Program-made: the position numbers and the translations under genes | Source: Myxococcales bacterium | Lineage (GTDB): Bacteria; Myxococcota; Myxococcia; Myxococcales; Anaeromyxobacteraceae | Direction: 5' to 3' | Assembly (NCBI GenBank): GCA_038320275.1 | Contig: JBBQEB010000009.1 | Location: 1-46,609, forward strand | Length of the DNA: 46,609 nt | Part shown: positions 32,620-41,542 of the stretch, piece after piece | How positions within the stretch are numbered: position 1 is the first letter of the stretch | How the letters are laid out: the number at the start of each line of letters is the position of its first letter | Notes under the pieces: model-generated | The model's database searches: none | The model's input: the letters and a program-made list of their open reading frames with translations, nothing else | Told to the model about the DNA's origin: nothing

Positions 32620-33279
32620 TTACTTCTTCGCCGGGGTCTTCTCGCCTGCCTTGGGCGGCGCCTTCTCCGCCTTGTTGCCGGCCGCGCCCTTGGCCTCGTC
32701 CTTCGTCGCCTCGACGTCGAGCTGCAGGTTCACCTCGTCGCTGACCACCGGCCCGGCCTCGATCATCTTGGACCAGTTGAGGCCATAGTCCTTGCGGTTC
32801 AGCTTGCCGGTCGCCGAGAAGCCTCGGCGCAGCTCGCCCTTCATCCCCTTCACGGTTTGCGACGGCGCGGAGACGTCGAGCACGATCGGCTTCGTCACGC
32901 CGCGCATGGTGAGGTCGCCCGTCACCTTCAGCTTGTCGTCGCCCACCTTCTCCACCCTGGTGGACTTGAAGGTGATGGTGGGGTGGTTCGCCACGTCGAA
33001 GAAGTCGGCCGACTCGAGGTGCTTGTCGCGGTCGGGAGAGCCGGTGTGGATGCTGCTCGCGTCGATGTTGGCCTCCACGGTGGACCGGGTGAGGTCGGCG
33101 TCATCCAGGTGAATGGCGCCGGTGGTCTTACCAAACCCTCCCCGGACCGTGGAGACGACGAGGTGCTTCACGGTGAAGCCGGAGGTGGAATGCGACGGGT
33201 CGATCGTCCAGGTCGTCGCCTCGGCGGCGGCGAGGACTGGCAGGAGGGCACCGAGGGCGATTGCGAGAAGCTGCTTCAT
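32620..33279 (-). CDS. yceI: YceI-family periplasmic lipid/polyisoprenoid-binding protein
   Basis: WTIDPSHS, RDKHLESADFFD, GDLTMRGVTKP, LNRKDYG; signal peptide. Confidence 0.93.
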   Translation of the reverse strand: MKQLLAIALGALLPVLAAAEATTWTIDPSHSTSGFTVKHLVVSTVRGGFGKTTGAIHLDDADLTRSTVEANIDASSIHTGSPDRDKHLESADFFDVANHPTITFKSTRVEKVGDDKLKVTGDLTMRGVTKPIVLDVSAPSQTVKGMKGELRRGFSATGKLNRKDYGLNWSKMIEAGPVVSDEVNLQLDVEATKDEAKGAAGNKAEKAPPKAGEKTPAKK

Positions 33280-33417
33280 GTGGGGGAGCTCTCCAAAGGG
33301 ACGTTGAGTTGGAGGAACCGTGTATCTCCCAGTCCGTGGGCCTGCCAGGCGCACGTGGGGCGGTCATCGGAGGAGGGCCGCGCCTCGTGCGCGATCGTCG
33401 CACCTTCGCCCTGCCGT

Positions 33418-33927
33418 TCAGAAGCGGACGCCGACGCCGGCCGCGAGCCGCAAGAGGTCGAGCTGTTCGAAGCCCACCTCGCCGGAGAGGAAGAGCGGCC
33501 CCTCCGCCAACCGGAGCCCGAAGGCGAGCTGATACCAGCCGATCCACCCGTCGGTGCGGCCGGCCCCGAGCCCGAGGGCGAGGATCGCCTCCACGCCACG
33601 TCGGGTCTCGAATCGCTGCTCGATGCGCCCCAGGATGACAGGGGTCCAGGGTGTCCTCGCCTGCGCGCCCAGGCGGTAGCCCTGCGCCAGCACCCCGACG
33701 TCGAGCGCGTCGAAGGCCCACGACACCTCCCCTCCCGCGAGCCCGGAGTTGCCTCCTTCCGCGCCGAGCCCGACGAGACCCCCGCCCCAGGCGACCAGCG
33801 CCAGCCGCGGACGGGACGGTGGATCGGTGAAGACGAGGTCGTCGTCCTGCGCCGCCGCGAGACGCGGCGCGAGGAGGGCCGCTGCCAGCACGGCGGGGAG
33901 AGCTGCCAGCGCGAGGGGGCGGCGCAT
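33418..33927 (-). CDS. Small outer-membrane beta-barrel-like protein
   Basis: Signal peptide, Gly/aromatic alternating strands, C-terminal AAGVGVRF. Confidence 0.65.
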   Translation of the reverse strand: MRRPLALAALPAVLAAALLAPRLAAAQDDDLVFTDPPSRPRLALVAWGGGLVGLGAEGGNSGLAGGEVSWAFDALDVGVLAQGYRLGAQARTPWTPVILGRIEQRFETRRGVEAILALGLGAGRTDGWIGWYQLAFGLRLAEGPLFLSGEVGFEQLDLLRLAAGVGVRF

Positions 33928-34008
33928 CGGATGGTCATAGGAAGTGGGGCGCGCGGCCGCCAGGACCCCCGCCTTGCGCCCCGGCGGCGTCGGCCGGAGC
34001 TTCACCGG

Positions 34009-34503
34009 GTGCAGAAATTCCTCCTCTCCGCCGTCCTCCTCGCTCTGGCAGGTTGCGCGCGCGCCCCGGTGGCCGGAAGCCGGGCAGGGACGGAGGAGCT
34101 CCACGCGGAGCGGCTGGGCGGCGGGGCCGTGCAGCTCGGCGGCGTTGGACCGGTTCGCCTCGTCGAGCTGTGGGCCACTTGGTGCGCCCCCTGCGCGCCC
34201 GCTTCCGAGCGCGCGCGGGCGGTGCTGGCACGCCACCCCGAGGTGGTGGCCTACGCCGTGTCCATCGACACCGACCGCGCAGCCGTCGCCGCCCACGCCG
34301 CGCGCTGGCCGCCCGCCGGGGAGGTGCTCGTGTACACCGGCGGTCCCGGCGCCGCGGCCCGGGACGGCTTCGCCCAGGTCCCGGCCTTCGTGGTGATCGA
34401 CGCGCGGGGCCAGCGCGTGGGCACGGTGGTGGGGCTCACGCCCAACCTGGGCGCCCGGCTGGAGCGGCTCCTGCGCCGGGCCGCGAACGCTCCCGGCGAG
34501 TAG
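34009..34503 (+). CDS. TlpA/ResA-like thioredoxin-fold lipoprotein
   Basis: Lipobox LAGC, WATWCAPC, AVSID, VPAFVVID. Confidence 0.85.
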   Translation: MQKFLLSAVLLALAGCARAPVAGSRAGTEELHAERLGGGAVQLGGVGPVRLVELWATWCAPCAPASERARAVLARHPEVVAYAVSIDTDRAAVAAHAARWPPAGEVLVYTGGPGAAARDGFAQVPAFVVIDARGQRVGTVVGLTPNLGARLERLLRRAANAPGE

Positions 34504-34514
34504 GCGCGGCCGCG

Positions 34515-35597
34515 CTACACGCGCAGGAAGCGCTCCAGCGCACGATAGGTCCGCTCCAGCGCGGCGAGCTCCACCCACTCGCCGGCCTGATGCGCCTGGG
34601 CGGTGGCCCCTGGCCCCAGGTTCACCGCCGGGATCCCCGCCGCGGCGAGCCGCGCCACGTCGGTCCAGGCCTGCTTCGGCTCCACCGCGAGGCCGCCCCG
34701 CTCCACCAGCCGCCGTACCAGCGGGTGACCGGCATGGGCGGGACAGGCGGGCGCGCGATCCGTGAGCACCGCCTCCCCCCCGAAGCGCACGGCCAGCGCG
34801 CGGAGCTCCTCCGCTGCGTCGTCCAGGGAGCGGTCGGGCCCAAAACGAAAGTTGAGGTTCAGCGTGCATCGATCGGGGACGACGTTGCGCGCCCGCCCAC
34901 CCTCGATGCGCGTCGCGGAGATCACCTCGCGAAAGGGGAGCCCTCCGCTCGTCACCTCTCGCGGAGCGCGCGAGGCGAGCTCGGTGAGCAGCGCGCCCGC
35001 GCGGTGGACCGCGTTGTCGCCCTGCCAGGGCCTCGCCGAGTGGGCCGAACGGCCGGTGAACGTCACGGTGGCGTGGAGCGAGCCTGCGCAGCCGAGCTGG
35101 AGCGTTCCGTCGGTGGGCTCGAGGCAGACCGCGAGGGCGGCCCGGGCGAGCTCGGGCAGCCTCTGGAGCACCGGGCCGAGCTCGTTCTCGTCGTACGGAC
35201 CCTCCTCCCGCGCGTAGAGGACGAGCGCGAGGTCACAGAAGCGCTCCTCCCCTGGCAGGCGCTCGGCGAGCTCCATCGCGACGGCGAGGCCGGCCTTCAT
35301 GTCCGAGGAGCCCGGCGCGACCAGCCGCTCCCCCTCCCTCCGCGGGCGGCGGCCCTCGTCCTCGGGGTGGATGGGCACCGTGTCGAGATGGCCGCAGAGG
35401 AGGACCAGCTCGCGGGTCTCGGCGCGGGATGGATCGAGCCAGGCGACGAGGGAGCTCCCCACCCGCGCCACCTTCGCGGCGCGCGGCCGCGCCCAGCGCT
35501 CGAGCTCGTCGCAGAGCGGACCCTCGTGCCCAATGGGCGAGCGCACCGCGCAGAGCGCCTCCGTCCGCGCAGCGAGCGCCTCCCCCAGCTCCGTCAC
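34515..35597 (-). CDS. dapE: Succinyl-diaminopimelate desuccinylase (M20 family)
   Basis: GHLDTVP, SDMKAG, REEG, LEPT, GRSAHSARPW, AHQAGE; GTGA overlap with dapD. Confidence 0.88.
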   Translation of the reverse strand: MTELGEALAARTEALCAVRSPIGHEGPLCDELERWARPRAAKVARVGSSLVAWLDPSRAETRELVLLCGHLDTVPIHPEDEGRRPRREGERLVAPGSSDMKAGLAVAMELAERLPGEERFCDLALVLYAREEGPYDENELGPVLQRLPELARAALAVCLEPTDGTLQLGCAGSLHATVTFTGRSAHSARPWQGDNAVHRAGALLTELASRAPREVTSGGLPFREVISATRIEGGRARNVVPDRCTLNLNFRFGPDRSLDDAAEELRALAVRFGGEAVLTDRAPACPAHAGHPLVRRLVERGGLAVEPKQAWTDVARLAAAGIPAVNLGPGATAQAHQAGEWVELAALERTYRALERFLRV

Positions 35598-36415
35598 ACC
35601 GGCACCTCGAAGTCGCGCAGCGCCGCGTTGAGGGACACCTTGCGGTCGGTGGAGGCCGAGCGCCGGCCAACGATGAGCGCACACGGCAGGTGATAGGTGC
35701 CCGCGGGAAAGGCCTTGGGGCGAACCCCGGGGATGACGACCGAGCGCGCCGGAACGCGGCCCCTGTAGACGACCTCGCGCGGGCCGGTCACGTCGATGAT
35801 GGGCGTGGAGGCGGTGAGCACCACGTTGGCGCCCAGCACGCTCTCCTCCTCCACCAGGATGCCCTCCACCACGATGCAGCGGCTCCCGATGAAGCAGCCG
35901 TCCTCGATGATGTTGGGGCGGGCGCCGGGTGGCTCCAGCACCCCGCCGATGCCGACACCGCCGGCCACGTGCACGTTCTCACCCACCTGCGCGCAGGAGC
36001 CGACGGTGGCCCAGGTGTCGATCATGGTGCCGGCGCCGACGCGCGCGCCGATGTTCACGAAGCTCGGCATGAGCACCGCGCCCGGCGCGACGTAGGCGCC
36101 GCGCCGCACCACCGCTCCGGGCACCGCGCGCACGCCCGCCGCCTCGAGGTCGCGCTTGAGCGGGATCTTGTCGCGCGTCTGGAACGGCCCGAAATCGTGC
36201 GTCTCGAAGCCGGCCACGGCGAAGTAGAGGTTCACCGCCTGCATCACCCAGGCGTTCACCGCCCACCCGTCCGGCCCCTTTGCGGCCACGCGCACGTTGC
36301 CCGCGTCCAGGGCCGCGATCGTCCGCAGCACCGCCTCGCGCGTCTCGGGCTCCTCCAGCCGCCGCCGGTCGTCGAACGCCGCCGCGATGCGCCGCTCCAG
36401 CTCTGCCGTCTCCAT
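35594..36415 (-). CDS. dapD: Tetrahydrodipicolinate N-succinyltransferase
   Basis: DKIPLK, VLMPSFVNIGARVG, MIDTWATVGSCAQVG, GGVGIGGVLEP, KVSLNAALR. Confidence 0.96.
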   Translation of the reverse strand: METAELERRIAAAFDDRRRLEEPETREAVLRTIAALDAGNVRVAAKGPDGWAVNAWVMQAVNLYFAVAGFETHDFGPFQTRDKIPLKRDLEAAGVRAVPGAVVRRGAYVAPGAVLMPSFVNIGARVGAGTMIDTWATVGSCAQVGENVHVAGGVGIGGVLEPPGARPNIIEDGCFIGSRCIVVEGILVEEESVLGANVVLTASTPIIDVTGPREVVYRGRVPARSVVIPGVRPKAFPAGTYHLPCALIVGRRSASTDRKVSLNAALRDFEVPV

Positions 36416-37569
36416 CACGCCTTCACCCTCCCCCAGGCGGCGAGCGCCTCGTCGCATTCGGCGAGCGGCGGCACCAGCGCCACCCGCACGTATCCTTCTC
36501 CGGCACCGAAGGCGGTGCCCGGCGCCACCACCACGCCCTCCTCCAGCAGCGCGGCGGCGTAGGACTCGGAGGTGTGGCCGGAGGGAACCCGCACCCACAG
36601 GTACAGCGTCGCCTCGGAGCCCTCGCAGGCGAGCCCGCGGGCGGCGAAGAACGCCGCGAACCGGTCTCGCTTGGCCTTGAAGATGGCCCGCCGCTCGGCC
36701 GCGTGCGCGTCGTCGGACCAGGCGGCCGCCGCCGCCGCGCTGACGAAGTCGGGCGAGGCGACGCCGGGGTGGGCGCGCGCCTTGCGGAGCACCGCGACGA
36801 CGTCGGCGTCGCCGGCGACGAAGCCGGTGCGGTAGCCGGTCATCCCGCTCCGCTTCGAGCAGGAGTGGATCGCCACGGCGTTCTCCCCCGTCACCTGGAG
36901 GATCGAGAGCGGCGGCGCGCCGAAGTAGAGGTCCGCGTAGCACTCGTCGGAGACCACCACGAAGCCGTGGCGCAGCGCCGCGCGCGCGACGCGCTCCAGG
37001 TAGGCGCGCGGGGCCACGGCGCCGGTGGGATTGTGCGGATAGGACAGCCAGAAGAGGAGCGTCCGCGAGAGCACCTCCTCGCCCACCTCCTCTGGCTCGA
37101 GCAAAAAGCCCCGCGCGGCCGAGAGCGGGACCTTCACCGGCTCGAGCCCCGCGAAGCGGGCGCCCACCTCGTAGGTCGGGTAGCCGGGATCGGGCATGAC
37201 CACCTTGGTGCGGCGCGGATCGCCTCCGGCGAAGGCGAGCGGCAGGTGGAAGATGGTCTCCTTGGCGCCCGTGGCCGGGAGCACCTGCCGGTCGGGGTCG
37301 ACCTCCACGCCGAAGCGCCGCGCGAGGTAGCCGGCGCAAGCGCGGCGCAGCTCCGGCGTTCCGGCGGGGCTGGGATACTGCGAGACCTCGGGCACGGCGG
37401 CACGAAGCGCCTCGCGCAGGAAGGCGGGCGTGGGCTCCTGGGGATCGCCCAGGCCGAAGTCGACGAGGCGCTTGCCGGCCGCGCGGAGCGCGCGCTTGCG
37501 GTCCTCCAGGGCGACCATGAGGTTCGGCGCGAGGGCGCGCAGCACGGGGCTCTCGGGAGTGTTCTTCAC
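36415..37569 (-). CDS. dapC: Class I/II PLP aminotransferase, probable succinyldiaminopimelate transaminase
   Basis: YPHNPTG, SDECY, SCSKRSGMTGYRTG; first gene of the dapC-dapD-dapE operon (TGATG overlap). Confidence 0.82.
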   Translation of the reverse strand: MKNTPESPVLRALAPNLMVALEDRKRALRAAGKRLVDFGLGDPQEPTPAFLREALRAAVPEVSQYPSPAGTPELRRACAGYLARRFGVEVDPDRQVLPATGAKETIFHLPLAFAGGDPRRTKVVMPDPGYPTYEVGARFAGLEPVKVPLSAARGFLLEPEEVGEEVLSRTLLFWLSYPHNPTGAVAPRAYLERVARAALRHGFVVVSDECYADLYFGAPPLSILQVTGENAVAIHSCSKRSGMTGYRTGFVAGDADVVAVLRKARAHPGVASPDFVSAAAAAAWSDDAHAAERRAIFKAKRDRFAAFFAARGLACEGSEATLYLWVRVPSGHTSESYAAALLEEGVVVAPGTAFGAGEGYVRVALVPPLAECDEALAAWGRVKA

Positions 37570-37619
37570 GGGTGCGGGCGGGACCTGTCGGCGCGGGGAG
37601 CGGCCATTATAAGCCGCGA

Positions 37620-39062
37620 ATGCTCCAGTACGACGTGGTGGTGATCGGCAGTGGACCGGCCGGCGAGCACGGCGCGGTGCAGGCGGCGTTCTACGGCAAG
37701 CGGGTGGCGCTGGTCGAGAAGGAAGCGGTCCCGGGCGGCGCGTCGGCCAACACCGGCACCATTCCCTCCAAGGCGCTCCGGGAGACCGCCCTCGCGCTCT
37801 CCCAGGCGCGCAACCGCGACGCGCACGGCGTCCAGGTCCAGGTGTCCCGGGCGGTCACCGTGCCCGAGCTCATGGGCCGCCGCGGGCTCGTGACCGCGCG
37901 CGAGCACTCGCGCATCCGCGCCCGGCTCATCAACTCCGGCGTGGACACGTTCCGCGGCGAGGCGAGCTTCGTCGATCCGCACACCCTCCGCGTCACCATC
38001 CCGGACGGCAGCTCGCAGGACCTCTCCGCCGAGGTGGTGCTGCTCGCTACCGGCACGCGGCCCGCGCATCCGGCTCTCTACGCCTTCGATCACCAGAAGG
38101 TCTACGACTCCGACTCCATCCTCATGCTCGACCACGTGCCGCGCTCCCTGGCGGTGCTGGGCGGCGGCGTGGCGGGGTGCGAGTACGCCTCGATCTTCGC
38201 CGCGCTGGGCGTGCACGTTGCGGTCATCGACTCGAAGCCGCGCCTTCTGCCCTGGCTCGACGCCGAGCTCTCGGAGACCATGCAGGACCTCTTCGAGGAG
38301 GCGGGCATCGACCTGCACCAGCAGGTGCGCGCGACCAAGCTCGAGGCGGGCGAGCGCGACGTGCTCGTCTCGCTCAATGACGGCTCCCGCGTGGTGGCCG
38401 ACAAGGTCCTCGTCGCCGCGGGGCGCATCGGGAACGTGGAGGGGCTGAACCTCGCCGCCGCCGGGCTGAAGGCCAACGACAAGGGCAATATCGAGGTCAA
38501 CGCGCACTACCAGACGGCGGTGGAGCACGTCTACGCGGCCGGCGACCTCATCGGCTTCCCGGGGCTCGCCTCCACCGCCATGGAACAAGGGCGCGTCGCC
38601 ATGACCCACGCGCTCGGCAAGAAGTATCAGCAGAAGGTGGCCGACCTCCTGCCTGTGGGCATCTACACCATCCCGGAGATCTCCTCGGTGGGGGCGACGG
38701 AGGAGGCGCTGAAGGAGCACGGCACGGCCTACGTGGCGGGGAAGACGCCGCTCGCCGAGAACGCGCGGGCCAACCTGGTGGGCGAGGCGGTGGGGTTCCT
38801 CAAGATCCTGGCGTCGCCCCGGGACGGAGAGATCCTGGGCGTGCACTGCATCGGCCCGCACGCGTCCGAGCTCATCCACCTGGGCAGCGCGGTGATGGCG
38901 CTGGGCGGAACCCTCCACTACTTCACGCAGGCCGTGTTCAACTATCCCACCCTGGGTGAAGCCTACAAGTACGCGGCGTACGACGCGCGCGCTCAGCTGA
39001 AGCGGCTCGGCGCGCCGGGCGCGCAGCCCAACGTGAGCCTCGTGCCCAAGGCGACGGGGTAG
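37620..39062 (+). CDS. sthA: Soluble pyridine nucleotide transhydrogenase
   Basis: VIGSGPAG, GTIPSKALRE, YDSDSIL, GCEYASIF, GIYTIPEIS, FNYPTLGEAYK; no CxxxxC disulfide. Confidence 0.88.
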   Translation: MLQYDVVVIGSGPAGEHGAVQAAFYGKRVALVEKEAVPGGASANTGTIPSKALRETALALSQARNRDAHGVQVQVSRAVTVPELMGRRGLVTAREHSRIRARLINSGVDTFRGEASFVDPHTLRVTIPDGSSQDLSAEVVLLATGTRPAHPALYAFDHQKVYDSDSILMLDHVPRSLAVLGGGVAGCEYASIFAALGVHVAVIDSKPRLLPWLDAELSETMQDLFEEAGIDLHQQVRATKLEAGERDVLVSLNDGSRVVADKVLVAAGRIGNVEGLNLAAAGLKANDKGNIEVNAHYQTAVEHVYAAGDLIGFPGLASTAMEQGRVAMTHALGKKYQQKVADLLPVGIYTIPEISSVGATEEALKEHGTAYVAGKTPLAENARANLVGEAVGFLKILASPRDGEILGVHCIGPHASELIHLGSAVMALGGTLHYFTQAVFNYPTLGEAYKYAAYDARAQLKRLGAPGAQPNVSLVPKATG

Positions 39063-39069
39063 GCGGGTC

Positions 39070-39996
39070 GTGGCCGGGACGCGCGCTCGCCTCGCGCTCG
39101 TCGCATGCGCCGCATCCTGCGCGATCTCCCAGGGGAGCGCCGCGCGGCCGGCCCGAGCTGCCGCGGAGGCGACAGCCGCCGAAGCCGCCGCGCTCCTGCG
39201 GGACCGCCCCTACCGGCTCCAGATCCCGCCCGGCCTCGATCCCCTTCGCCCGGCGCCGCTCGTGCTCGTGCTGCACGGCTTCGGGTCGAGCGGGGCCGGG
39301 ATCGACGGGTACTTCGGGTTGGGGAAGGCGGCGGCGGCGCGCGGCCTCCTCCTCGCCACGCCGGAAGGAACGCGCGATCCCCGCGGCCGCCGCTTCTGGA
39401 ACGCCACCGACGCCTGCTGCGACCTGGCCGCCACCCGCGTGGACGACGTGGCCTACCTCAGCGCGGTGCTCGCGGACGTCGCGGCGCACCACCCGGTCGA
39501 TCCGCGCCGCGTGTACGCGGTGGGCCACTCCAATGGCGGCTTCATGGCGCACCGGCTCGCCTGCGATCGGGCCGATCTCCTGGCCGCGGTGGTCGCGCTG
39601 GCCGGCGACGTGTGGAAGGCGCCCCGGCGATGCCAGCCCTCGGAGCCGGTGGCGGTCCTGCAGGTGCACGGCGATCGCGACGCGGTTATCCCCTACGAAG
39701 GCGGCGCGCTCACCTCGCCGCGCGGCGACGAGGGGCCGACCTTGCCCTCCGCCCCGGAGTCGGTGGCCACCTGGGCCGCGAAGAACGGCTGCGGGGGCGC
39801 GCTCGCCGACACCGGCCGGCGGCTCGCCCTCGTTCGCGGGTCAGCCGGTGCGGAGACGAGGGTGGAGCGCCACGCTTGCACCCGAGGCGCGGCCGAGCTG
39901 TGGACGATTCGCGGCGGCGCCCACGTCCCGGCGCTGGCTCAGCCCGCGTGGGCGGAGGCGATCCTCGACTGGCTCCTCGCGCATCCCAAGGGGTGA
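39070..39996 (+). CDS. Secreted alpha/beta-hydrolase esterase (PHB depolymerase/LpqC-like)
   Basis: LVLHG, WNATDACC, DDVAYL, GHSNGG nucleophile elbow, HGDRD, GGAH. Confidence 0.85.
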   Translation: MAGTRARLALVACAASCAISQGSAARPARAAAEATAAEAAALLRDRPYRLQIPPGLDPLRPAPLVLVLHGFGSSGAGIDGYFGLGKAAAARGLLLATPEGTRDPRGRRFWNATDACCDLAATRVDDVAYLSAVLADVAAHHPVDPRRVYAVGHSNGGFMAHRLACDRADLLAAVVALAGDVWKAPRRCQPSEPVAVLQVHGDRDAVIPYEGGALTSPRGDEGPTLPSAPESVATWAAKNGCGGALADTGRRLALVRGSAGAETRVERHACTRGAAELWTIRGGAHVPALAQPAWAEAILDWLLAHPKG

Positions 39997-40027
39997 GGAG
40001 GTCGTGAGATCAGGGCTGAAGAAGCTG

Positions 40028-40317
40028 CTAAGGCGTGAGCTTCACTCTGCCCCGCTCGACGAGCAGAGCACGGTAGCGTTCGGCTGAAAGTGGACAGTCG
40101 ATGAGTCGTCCAACTCCCGCCGGGCGAGGCCAACCTGCTTAGCCATCAGCCCGAGCAAGCTGTCGCCGTACTCTTTGTCTCCGTGGCTGATCCGCGTTCG
40201 CACAGAGGTCTTCTTCCCATCCACATGGAGCCAGTACATCTCGTGATGGGAGTCTTGCTTCTGAAATCCCTTCGTCTCGAGCGCTCTGCTGATCGCGTCG
40301 GTCCGACGAGGGCTCAA
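40028..40317 (-). pseudogene. HicA-like mRNA interferase toxin with a one-base frameshift near 40104
   Basis: TTG start overlapping the upstream TGA with GGAGG SD; ALETKGF..DSHH..GKKT..TRISHG..LLGLMAKQ; the alternative frame continues LIDCPLSAERYRALLVERG to TAG at 40028. Confidence 0.7.
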
Positions 40318-41390
40318 CGGACTTCCTCCCTTTCGACGAGGGATAACGCCGAGTCCCTGAGGTGCCGGCCGTCGTCGGTCAGATTGACATCGGGCTCGTT
40401 TGCGACAGCGTCCCATGTCGCCGCGAACTCCTCGCGAAAGCGACGCAGCGATTCGGAGCGCGTGGTCGCGTAGGACAGGATCCCGAGGCTCTCCAGCGCG
40501 TGAACCCAGACTCCGTCTTGAAAATCCACCCGGATGAGAACCGGCTGCTTCAGGTGGAAGACCCGGTTCTGGTGAGCGACCCGCTGCCAGGAAAGCGGTG
40601 CGATGTGGAGGGAGCGGGCATCCAATATGGTCTCGATCTGGTGGACGTCCCCCCGCTCGTCCAGCGTTGCCAAGCCCTCGACCTCGACCAGCGATCCCGG
40701 AACCAACTCCCGAACGACGTCTTCGTAGTCGGAATCATAGAAGCAGCGGATCTGACGATTGTGGACGAGAATCCCGAGCTGCCGCTGTCCGGTGGCAACC
40801 TCGATGCGGAACAGTGTTCCGGTGAGCGTCCTCACTTCACCAAGGGTGGGCTGCTCCGCTGTGGAGAGTTGATTCAAGAACGGACGCATGGCGGGCGACA
40901 GGGCTGCTTCTTCGCCGCCCCGAACGAGCGCCAGGCCGTAGTCCCCATCATCTTCGGGCAGTAGGCGCACCATCGATTTGAGGACACGAGCCCTCCCGCT
41001 CGCGTCTGGAAATGTCTTCGACACGAACGCCGAATCACGCCCCTCCACAGCCTTGACCGTCGCCCAGAACGCTCCGACGGCCTGCTGACCCAGATCGAGG
41101 AGCGAAGCTGGGTGGTCGACTCGGGTGACGAGGTCGAGGCTCCCCGGACGTGACTGCACGAAGAGCAGTTCGCATTCCTGGAGGACTTCCGTCTTGAAGG
41201 ACCCGCGCTTCCCACCGCCTCGCAGCGCGGAGCCCACGTTGAAGAGCACCCGCTGCAGCGCTGCCAGCTTGTCGGCCACCAGCGAGATGGGGAAGGAACC
41301 GCCTTCAGCCAGCGGTCCTGTCAGGCGAATCGTCAGCTCGCGGTCATGCTCGGCCACATGGAAGAACCTACCACGCAGCTCCGTCGTCAC
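40314..41390 (-). CDS. Multidomain hypothetical protein: unknown N-terminal domain, OB-fold-like middle, HicB-like C-terminal domain (alternative GTG start 41357)
   Basis: Long ORF with atypical A/T-ending codons; TLTGTLFRIEV...IRCFY...LVEVEG (OB-like); GVWVHALESLGILSYATTRSESLRRFREEF (HicB-like). Confidence 0.7.
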   Translation of the reverse strand: MTTELRGRFFHVAEHDRELTIRLTGPLAEGGSFPISLVADKLAALQRVLFNVGSALRGGGKRGSFKTEVLQECELLFVQSRPGSLDLVTRVDHPASLLDLGQQAVGAFWATVKAVEGRDSAFVSKTFPDASGRARVLKSMVRLLPEDDGDYGLALVRGGEEAALSPAMRPFLNQLSTAEQPTLGEVRTLTGTLFRIEVATGQRQLGILVHNRQIRCFYDSDYEDVVRELVPGSLVEVEGLATLDERGDVHQIETILDARSLHIAPLSWQRVAHQNRVFHLKQPVLIRVDFQDGVWVHALESLGILSYATTRSESLRRFREEFAATWDAVANEPDVNLTDDGRHLRDSALSLVEREEVR

Positions 41391-41542
41391 ACGGGAATCT
41401 GCTCGCCCCGGGGTCGTCTGGAAACGCCGTGCGCGAGCAGCGGCGGCCGGAGTCTCCCTCGGAACATTTGGCTACGGGACCTCGAAGGAGTCATCGGCCT
41501 TGGACGCACCAAGTATGTATCCATCGGACCTGTTAGCGCCTC

